This document shows positions 7,518-13,807 of a stretch of 13,807 nt of DNA, piece by piece. A program made the position numbers and the translations under genes. The notes beneath the pieces were generated by a model. The model searched no databases. It worked only from the letters and a program-made list of their open reading frames with translations, and was not told the origin of the DNA. Each line of letters begins with the position of its first letter. Position 1 is the stretch's first letter. This DNA comes from a virus (Duplodnaviria; Heunggongvirae; Uroviricota; Caudoviricetes), in IMG/VR virus record IMGVR_UViG_2778261065_000014. The stretch is one strand, 5' to 3'.

Positions 7518-7748
7518 ATGACGGCAGGGTTCAACTTTAACTATGCAGCAGGTTTTTGTTCCGCCACCCCGGCGTTAAGGGGAAATGAGGTCAGCATGGA
7601 TACTATCGATCTTGGCAACAGCGAATCTCTGGTATGTGGCGTGTTCCCCAACCAGGACGGTACGTTCACCGCGATGACATATACCAAAAGCAAAACGTTT
7701 AAAACCGAAACTGGCGCGCATCGCTGGTTAGCCAGAAACACTGACTGA
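7518..7748 (+). CDS. Small hypothetical early protein (76 aa; alternative start at Met 7596 with GAGG RBS)
   Basis: First ORF after the operator-like palindrome. GAGG lies 9 nt upstream of the ATG at 7518. Its stop overlaps the next start (TGATG at 7746-7750). Confidence 0.5.
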   Translation: MTAGFNFNYAAGFCSATPALRGNEVSMDTIDLGNSESLVCGVFPNQDGTFTAMTYTKSKTFKTETGAHRWLARNTD

Positions 7749-8149
7749 TGAGGTTGACTATGGAATTTAAAGAGTTACCAAAAGAAATCCAAGAAATTGC
7801 AGCACATACACTTCGTCAACGTCTGAACGAAGTTGCATTAGAAGCTGAAACGAAAAAAGACATTGATAATATGGCTCGTAATGTGCGCGATGCGTTTACC
7901 GGACTGTATTCTGTTTCTGTTGAGGACAATAACATTCCTGACGAACAGGAAGAGAGTACAGACCCCCACAAATTCTGGAAATCTGTAGAGGCCATTGCAA
8001 AAGCCAAACTACTGGAACTTAACAACTTATATCATCGTGAGAATGATGGTCGTCAATCTTTGCATCATCAGGGAGTCGCCACCCTGATAGCTCTAACGAA
8101 AGAGCAAGGCGAATATCATCCAGTGGCATTAAACGACACTGTGAAATAG
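7748..8149 (+). CDS. Hypothetical acidic early protein (about 130 aa)
   Basis: Stop/start overlap with the upstream ORF. An alternative ATG at 7760 has GAGG 6 nt upstream. By my count about 24 acidic versus 16 basic residues. Confidence 0.65.
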   Translation: MRLTMEFKELPKEIQEIAAHTLRQRLNEVALEAETKKDIDNMARNVRDAFTGLYSVSVEDNNIPDEQEESTDPHKFWKSVEAIAKAKLLELNNLYHRENDGRQSLHHQGVATLIALTKEQGEYHPVALNDTVK

Positions 8150-8901
8150 TCCATCCATGTTTACGGGATAGATAAAGATATATCGCTTCGAAACCATCGA
8201 CATGGTTTGGATAGCCTTCCTCAGCAGCAAGGTTATCCCCAAAACATTCAAGAATATAATTTAAACGCGCTGTTTAATAATGAATCTTCCAGCGAGTCTA
8301 ATTTAGTTTGCTGACCATTTTAATTTTATCCTCCATTGAGGTTACTGGTTGAGAATGGAGACCACACGTGACAGCGCGTGGTCGTGCGCCGGACACGGAT
8401 AAGAATCCGGCACAAACAGTTTACTGAAAGGATATATCCCTGAAAAGTCAGGGCATAACGCGAAAGCGCACGGCGAAGTCATTCCTCCCTTTGTTGTGTA
8501 CCACTGACATCTTCGTCTGTGCGCTTCCGGTTGTGGCAATCCGCGAAATGGCGCGGCGGTAAGTATGGCGGGGTTATTCCTTCCCCGTTGAGGACACCGG
8601 GTTGTCAGGTTGACCATACGCTTAAGTGGCAACCCCGCTGCAACGCCCTCTGTTATCAATTTTCTGGTGACGTTTGGCGGTATCAGTTTTACTCCGTGAC
8701 TGCTCTGCCGCCCTTTTTAAAGTGAATTTTGTGATGCGGTGAATGCGGCTAAGCGCACGCGGAACAGTTAAAAAGGCCAGTTGACTTCCGTATTGGTTCT
8801 TATGGGTGGGTTCTCTGTATCCGGCGTTAATTGTTAACTGGTTAACGTCACCTGGAGGCACCAGGCACCGTATCACAAAATTCATTGTTGAGGACGCGAT
8901 A

Positions 8902-9090
8902 ATGGAAACGTTATTACCAAACGTTAATACGTCTGAAGGTTGTTTTGAAATTGGTGTCAGAATCAGTAACCCTGTATTTACTGAAGATGCCATTAATAAG
9001 AGAAAACACGAACGGGAGCTATTAAATCAAATATGCATTGTATCAATGCTGGCCCGTTTACGTCTGATGCAAAAAGGATACTGGCAATGA
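8902..9090 (+). CDS. Small hypothetical phage protein (62 aa)
   Basis: GAGGA at 8890-8894 lies 7 nt before the ATG at 8902. Its stop overlaps the next gene start (ATGA at 9087-9090). The ORF-track entry 8806-9090 is a longer GTG-initiated version of the same frame. Confidence 0.5.
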   Translation: METLLPNVNTSEGCFEIGVRISNPVFTEDAINKRKHERELLNQICIVSMLARLRLMQKGYWQ

Positions 9091-9290
9091 ATACAGCATT
9101 TGCACTCGTTCTGACGGTTTTTCTTAATACGGGCGAGCCAGTTGATCTTGTTATTGGTATACATGACTCAATGAAAGAATGCATGGCTGCCGCAGCGGAA
9201 CAGAAAATTCCCGGCAACTGTTATCCGGTTGAGAAAGTTATTCGCATGGACAATAACGAAATCCCGGCAGGACTTAAAACAGCACCGTAA
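9087..9290 (+). CDS. Small protein with N-terminal hydrophobic segment (likely membrane or exported), 67 aa
   Basis: ATG at 9087 overlaps the preceding stop. N-terminus MNTAFALVLTVFLNTG is hydrophobic. The ORF-track entry 9033-9290 is the same frame with an earlier start. Confidence 0.55.
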   Translation: MNTAFALVLTVFLNTGEPVDLVIGIHDSMKECMAAAAEQKIPGNCYPVEKVIRMDNNEIPAGLKTAP

Positions 9291-9370
9291 TTAATATCCG
9301 GTTTCATTTTTATATGCCAGCAATGGCAGGGATTTGTTCACCCTTAAATCTGTAATGAGGTTAAAACAAA

Positions 9371-11842
9371 ATGAGTAAAGTCTTTATTTGCGCCGCCATT
9401 CCGGACGAACAGGCAATAAAGGAAGAAGGTGCAGTCGCTGTAGCCACTGCCATTGAAGCCGGCGACGAACGTCGCGCCCGAGCCAAATTTACCTGGCAAT
9501 TCCTGGAGCAATATCCGGCTGCTCAGGACTGCGCTTATAAATTTCTTGTCTGCGAGGATAAACCCGGCATGCCCCGCCCTGCCATCGACTCCTGGGATAC
9601 CGAATATATGCTGGAAAACCGCTGGGATGAGGAAGGCGCTTCCTTTGTCCCGGTCGAACCAGAATCCGATCCGATGAACGTCAATTTTGACAAGCTGTCC
9701 CCTGAAGTACAGAACGCGGTCCTGGTTAAGTTCGACACATGTGAAAACATCACCGTTGATATGGTTATTAGCGCACAGGAATTGTTGCAGGAAGACATGG
9801 CAACATTCGACGGACATATCGTTGAAGCGTTGATGAAAATGCCAGAAGTTAACGCCATGTATCCGGAGCTTAAGTTGCACGCCATTGGGTGGGTTAAGCA
9901 TAAATGTATTCCTGGTGCTAAATGGCCCGAAATTCAGGCAGAGATGCGCATCTGGAAAAAACGTCGCGAAGGTGAACGCAAGGAAACCGGAAAATACACG
10001 TCTGTTGTTGATCTCGCCCGCGCCAGAGCCAATCAACAGTACACTGACAATTCAACAGGAAAAATCAGCCCGGTCATTGCTGCCACTCATCGCGAATACA
10101 AGCAGACATGGAAAACACTGGATGACGAACTGGCCTACGCTCTCTGGCCTGGTGATGTGGATGCCGGAAACATTGACGGCAGCATCCATCGCTGGGCAAA
10201 AAATGAAGTTATCGACAACGACCGCGAAGACTGGAAGCGTATCTCGGCATCAATGCGCAAACAGCCTGATGCCCTTCGCTACGACCGCCAGACTATTTTT
10301 GGCCTTGTCCGTGAACGTCCGATCGACATTCACAAAGACCCTGTGACACTGAACAAATACATTACTGAATACCTGACTACAAAGGGCGTGTTTGAAGATG
10401 AAGGAAGAAATCAGAGCGCAACTGATACTCTCTCGTCGCCAGTACCAGAAACTGATGCAGTGGAAACGGCAATTCCGGACAACGAAAAAACCGAATGCAA
10501 AGTGGAAGTCGAACCATCTGTAGAGCGTGAGGGGCCGTTCTACTTCCTCTTCACCGACAAGGATGGCGAAAAATATGGTCGCGCAAACAAACTTTCTGGT
10601 CTGAATAAGGCGCTGACTGCAGGGGCTACTGAAATCACGAAAGAAGAATATTTTGCCCGTAAAAACGGTACATACTCAGGTTCACAACAAAATACTGGTG
10701 CATCTGACACGACCGCACAACCAGAGCCGGTAAAAGTTACCGCTGACGAAGTAAACAAAATTATGCAGGCAGCCAATATCAGCCAGCCTGACGCCGATAA
10801 GTTGCTTGCTGTATCACGTGGTGAATTTGTTGCAGGGATTAGCGACCCGAATGATCCGAAATGGGTGAAGGGGATTGAAACCCGCGATTCAGTGAATCAG
10901 AACCAGCAAGAAACGGAACAGAACGACCAGAAAGCAGAACAAAACAGCCCAAATGCGTTACAAAACGAGCCAGAAACGAAACAACCTGAGCCAGTAGCGC
11001 AACAGGAAGCGGAAAAAGTCTGCACCGCATGCGGTCAGACCGGCGGCGGCAACTGCCCTGATTGTGGTGCGGTGATGGGCGACGCAACATACCAAGAAAC
11101 ATTCGATGAAGAGAATCAGGTTGAAGTTCAGGAAAATGATCCGGAGGAAATGGAAGGCGCTGAACATCCACACAAGGAGAATGCTGGCAGCGCTCAGGAC
11201 CACGCCAGCAATAATGAAACTGGCGAGACGGCAGATCCCTTAATTGCGGTGAACGGTCATCACGTTATCACATCCACCAGCAGGACGTGTGACCATCTAA
11301 TGATCGACCTTGAAACCATGGGAAAAAATCCTGATGCCCCGATTATCTCAATAGGTGCAATATTTTTCGATCCGCAAACCGGAGATATGGGACCGGAATT
11401 TAGTAAGACTATCGATCTGGAAACTGCTGGCGGAGTCATTGATCGGGACACCATTAAATGGTGGCTTAAGCAATCACGCGAAGCGCAATCTGCCATTATG
11501 ACCGATGAAATCCCGTTAGATGATGCACTGTTACAATTGCGGGAATTTATCGACGAAAACTCCGGTGAATTTTTTGTTCAGGTCTGGGGAAATGGAGCCA
11601 ACTTCGACAACACGATTTTGCGCCGTTCATACGAACGGCAGGGGATCCCCTGCCCGTGGCGTTACTACAACGATCGCGATGTACGCACAATCGTTGAGCT
11701 GGGGAAAGCCATAGACTTCGATGCCAGAACGGCTATTCCATTCGAAGGTGAGCGCCATAATGCACTTGATGACGCCCGTTACCAGGCAAAATACGTTTCA
11801 GTTATCTGGCAAAAACTGATCCCGAGTCAGGCTGATTCTTAA
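9371..11842 (+). CDS. RecE-like prophage exonuclease (family usually annotated exodeoxyribonuclease VIII) with internal C4 zinc ribbon and C-terminal DnaQ-like DEDDh 3'-5' exonuclease domain, 823 aa
   Basis: C-terminal motifs LMIDLETMG (Exo I, D-x-E), GNGANFDNTIL (Exo II) and HNALDDARY (Exo III, H-x4-D). CTAC-x7-CPDC at codons 551-565 (DNA 11021-11065). Central segment SRGEFVAGISDPNDPKWVKGIETRD resembles, from memory, RecE-annotated prophage proteins. GAGG RBS upstream of the ATG at 9371. Confidence 0.85.
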   Translation: MSKVFICAAIPDEQAIKEEGAVAVATAIEAGDERRARAKFTWQFLEQYPAAQDCAYKFLVCEDKPGMPRPAIDSWDTEYMLENRWDEEGASFVPVEPESDPMNVNFDKLSPEVQNAVLVKFDTCENITVDMVISAQELLQEDMATFDGHIVEALMKMPEVNAMYPELKLHAIGWVKHKCIPGAKWPEIQAEMRIWKKRREGERKETGKYTSVVDLARARANQQYTDNSTGKISPVIAATHREYKQTWKTLDDELAYALWPGDVDAGNIDGSIHRWAKNEVIDNDREDWKRISASMRKQPDALRYDRQTIFGLVRERPIDIHKDPVTLNKYITEYLTTKGVFEDEGRNQSATDTLSSPVPETDAVETAIPDNEKTECKVEVEPSVEREGPFYFLFTDKDGEKYGRANKLSGLNKALTAGATEITKEEYFARKNGTYSGSQQNTGASDTTAQPEPVKVTADEVNKIMQAANISQPDADKLLAVSRGEFVAGISDPNDPKWVKGIETRDSVNQNQQETEQNDQKAEQNSPNALQNEPETKQPEPVAQQEAEKVCTACGQTGGGNCPDCGAVMGDATYQETFDEENQVEVQENDPEEMEGAEHPHKENAGSAQDHASNNETGETADPLIAVNGHHVITSTSRTCDHLMIDLETMGKNPDAPIISIGAIFFDPQTGDMGPEFSKTIDLETAGGVIDRDTIKWWLKQSREAQSAIMTDEIPLDDALLQLREFIDENSGEFFVQVWGNGANFDNTILRRSYERQGIPCPWRYYNDRDVRTIVELGKAIDFDARTAIPFEGERHNALDDARYQAKYVSVIWQKLIPSQADS

Positions 11843-11853
11843 TGTTCAACTGT

Positions 11854-11885
11854 CGCCGGTTGTGACTGGTATTCTGCAACCGGCG
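11854..11885 (+). promoter_or_regulatory. GC-rich hairpin between the exonuclease and xis without a U tract (possible attenuator or RNA processing site)
   Basis: Stem CGCCGGTTG (11854-11862) / CAACCGGCG (11877-11885), 9 bp, with a 14-nt loop. The following sequence is not T-rich, so it is not a canonical intrinsic terminator. Confidence 0.3.
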
Positions 11886-11914
11886 CTCGTCTGATGTAAG
11901 AGATAAAGAAATCG

Positions 11915-12166
11915 ATGAGCGAAGTAATCATGATTGTCTCTCCCGGCAAATGGGTATCCGAAGAGCAGTTAATTGCGCTGAAAGGAATAAAAAAAGGTAC
12001 GTTAAAAAAGGCCCGGGAAAAATCGTTTATGGAAGGAAGGGAATATAAGCATGTCGCTCATGACGGTATGCCATGGGATAACAGTCCATGCTTTTACAAC
12101 CTGGAAGAAATTGATCGCTGGATTGAGCGCCAGGCATCAGCGAGACCAAGACGTCATCTTACTTGA
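11915..12166 (+). CDS. xis: Excisionase-like protein (Xis)
   Basis: Small basic protein immediately upstream of the integrase. GREY-containing segment KKAREKSFMEGREYKHVAHD resembles lambda-type Xis DNA-binding proteins. Confidence 0.7.
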   Translation: MSEVIMIVSPGKWVSEEQLIALKGIKKGTLKKAREKSFMEGREYKHVAHDGMPWDNSPCFYNLEEIDRWIERQASARPRRHLT

Positions 12167-12185
12167 CTAAAAGCCACACTAACTA

Positions 12186-13481
12186 ATGAGAGAAGTTGAA
12201 ATGAAATATCCGACAGGCGTGGAAAACCATGGAGGGAAATTACGTATCTGGTTTGTTTATAAAGGCGTAAGAGTCAGGGAAAATCTGGGGGTTCCTGACA
12301 CAGCAAAAAACAGGCGCGTTGCAGGTGAACTACGCTCCTCTGTTTGTTACGCAATAAAAACTGGTGTTTTCGACTATGCAAAACAGTTTCCCTCCTCACG
12401 CAATCTGGAAAAATTTGGTGAGGCCCGACAAGATTTAACCATAAAAGAACTGGCTGAAAAATTTCTGGCACTGAAAGAAACTGAAGTCGCCAAAGCATCA
12501 CTCAACACATACCGTGCCGTCATCAAAAATATCCTGAGCATAATCGGTGAAAAAAATCTTGCCTCATCGATTAATAAAGAAAAATTACTGGAGGTTCGTA
12601 AAGAGCTACTGACTGGATACCAGATCCCCAAAAGTAACTATATTGTTACACAACCAGGGAGATCGGCTGTAACTGTAAATAATTACATGACAAATCTTAA
12701 CGCCGTGTTCCAGTTTGGTGTTGATAACGGTTACCTGGCAGATAATCCGTTTAAGGGGATCTCGCCATTAAAGGAATCAAGAACCATTCCTGATCCTCTT
12801 TCACGGGAGGAATTTATCCGTCTTATCGACGCCTGCAGAAATCAGCAGGCCAAAAATTTATGGTGTGTTTCTGTTTATACAGGCATTCGCCCTGGTGAAC
12901 TGTGTGCGCTTGGGTGGGAGGACATAGATCTGAAAAATGGAACAATGATGATCAGGAGAAATTTAGCAAAAGATCGTTTTACGGTACCGAAAACACAGGC
13001 TGGTACCAATCGGGTAATTCACCTTATCAAGCCTGCAATCGACGCTCTCAGGAGTCAGATGACACTAACGAGGCTGAGCAAAGAACATATTATTGACGTT
13101 CACCTCAGAGAGTTCGGCAGAACAGAAAAACAAAAATGCACCTTTGTTTTTCAACCTGAAGTGTCAGCGAGAGTAAAAAATTATGGTGACCATTTTACCG
13201 TTGACTCAATAAGGCAGATGTGGGACGCAGCGATAAAGCGCGCTGGCCTCCGCCACCGCAAATCATATCAGTCGAGACATACTTATGCCTGCTGGTCGTT
13301 GACAGCCGGTGCCAACCCGGCATTCATAGCAAACCAGATGGGACATGCAGATGCGCAAATGGTGTTTCAGGTATACGGGAAATGGATGTCTGAAAACAAT
13401 AATGCACAGGTAGCCCTGTTAAATACACAGCTAAGCGAGTTTGCCCCAACCATGCCCCAAAACGAGGTGGTGAAAAATTAA
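12186..13481 (+). CDS. int: Tyrosine site-specific integrase (lambda Int family)
   Basis: Conserved blocks YQSRHTYACWSLTAG (R-H-T box II) and MGHADAQMVFQVYGKW (catalytic Tyr). The probable true start is the ATG at 12201 (MKYPTGVE..) with GAGAG about 8 nt upstream; the ORF track gives 12186. Confidence 0.9.
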   Translation: MREVEMKYPTGVENHGGKLRIWFVYKGVRVRENLGVPDTAKNRRVAGELRSSVCYAIKTGVFDYAKQFPSSRNLEKFGEARQDLTIKELAEKFLALKETEVAKASLNTYRAVIKNILSIIGEKNLASSINKEKLLEVRKELLTGYQIPKSNYIVTQPGRSAVTVNNYMTNLNAVFQFGVDNGYLADNPFKGISPLKESRTIPDPLSREEFIRLIDACRNQQAKNLWCVSVYTGIRPGELCALGWEDIDLKNGTMMIRRNLAKDRFTVPKTQAGTNRVIHLIKPAIDALRSQMTLTRLSKEHIIDVHLREFGRTEKQKCTFVFQPEVSARVKNYGDHFTVDSIRQMWDAAIKRAGLRHRKSYQSRHTYACWSLTAGANPAFIANQMGHADAQMVFQVYGKWMSENNNAQVALLNTQLSEFAPTMPQNEVVKN

Positions 13482-13807
13482 TTTATTAATTATCAAATGG
13501 TTACTATTCATGACTCTTGAAATCCATGAATTCAAGCGCAGTGCCCAGCCATCCCGATACTGCTGCTTTCACCAAATCCTTAGTGCTTCTTTCGTGTTTT
13601 TCTATTGTCATAATGGTTATCTCTAAAAAAGAGGTAAGATGCGTACTACTTACTCGCCGTTATTGGTATTATTCAGAAAAAGTGAGTAAGACTTTGCAGC
13701 AATGCTTTTGATCCTGTTCAAATAAACTAATGGCATCAGCAACATTAGACTGGCCCCCTGAATCTCCAGACAACCAGTATCACTTAAATAAGTGATAGTC
13801 TTAATAC

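Larger units (their letters stand above)
3000..13807. mobile_element. Rac-like defective lambdoid prophage segment (immunity, replication, recombination and integration modules only); left boundary undefined and right end beyond the integrase not resolved
   Basis: Gene order and orientation match lambdoid logic: CI repressor, terminator, operator-like palindrome, early-left genes, exonuclease, xis and int on one strand; cro-like, YdaT-like and O-like replication genes on the other. No head, tail or lysis genes in the window. Confidence 0.6.

Noticed and set aside
6636-8025. ORF-track entries 6636-6818 (-), 6930-7247 (-), 7307-7513 (+), 7541-7741 (-), 7816-8025 (-)
   Set aside because: Antisense to the repressor and early genes, or spanning the terminator and palindrome; 7307-7513 runs through the terminator hairpin. 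None has an RBS.
9344-11714. Nine ORF-track entries nested in or antisense to the exonuclease gene (9344-10036, 9453-9677, 9535-9885, 9885-10346, 10540-10776, 10839-11171, 10958-11203, 11260-11496, 11520-11714)
   Set aside because: The 823-aa frame has clear conserved motifs throughout. The nested ORFs are frame artefacts of a long GC-balanced gene.
12274-13096. ORF-track entries 12274-12501 (-), 12374-12631 (-), 12902-13096 (+) inside the integrase gene
   Set aside because: They overlap the integrase frame, which carries the catalytic motifs.
13517-13711. Plus-strand ORF 13517-13711 (64 aa) after the integrase
   Set aside because: Hydrophobic low-complexity translation with no RBS. The opposite strand has a more plausible open frame continuing beyond the window.
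4184-13788. Shared 11-mer TATCACTTAAA at 4184-4194 and 13778-13788, considered as candidate attL/attR core repeats
   Set aside because: An exact 11-mer match between two sites in an AT-rich 13.8-kb window is expected by chance (tens of such coincidences). The match does not extend on either side, so it is not adequate evidence for att sites.

Overview
This window reads as a mosaic accessory region of an enterobacterial (E. coli-like) chromosome; all calls are from reading the sequence and ORF track by eye, with no searches run. Left to right: (1) the 3' end of an IS3-family transposase (1-458), truncated by the window edge; (2) a small cargo operon (1265-2615) encoding a zeta-toxin/PezT-family P-loop kinase and a downstream protein of unknown function, with its own terminator; (3) an AT-rich minus-strand gene split by a single in-frame TAG (3154-4020); (4) a roughly 9 kb Rac-like defective lambdoid prophage segment. 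The prophage segment has a rightward (minus-strand) operon: Cro/YdaS-like HTH, YdaT-like protein, an O-like replication initiator with an iteron origin embedded in its coding sequence, and a 140-aa protein. Divergent from it is a CI repressor with a LexA-like S24 domain, followed on the plus strand by a terminator, a perfect 32-bp palindrome, small early genes, a ~750-bp ORF-poor stretch, a RecE-like exonuclease with a DEDDh domain, an excisionase and a tyrosine integrase. No structural or lysis genes, rRNA, tRNA or CRISPR array were seen. The best candidates for an undescribed system are the kinase pair and the adjacent amber-interrupted gene, which sit together between the IS remnant and the prophage.
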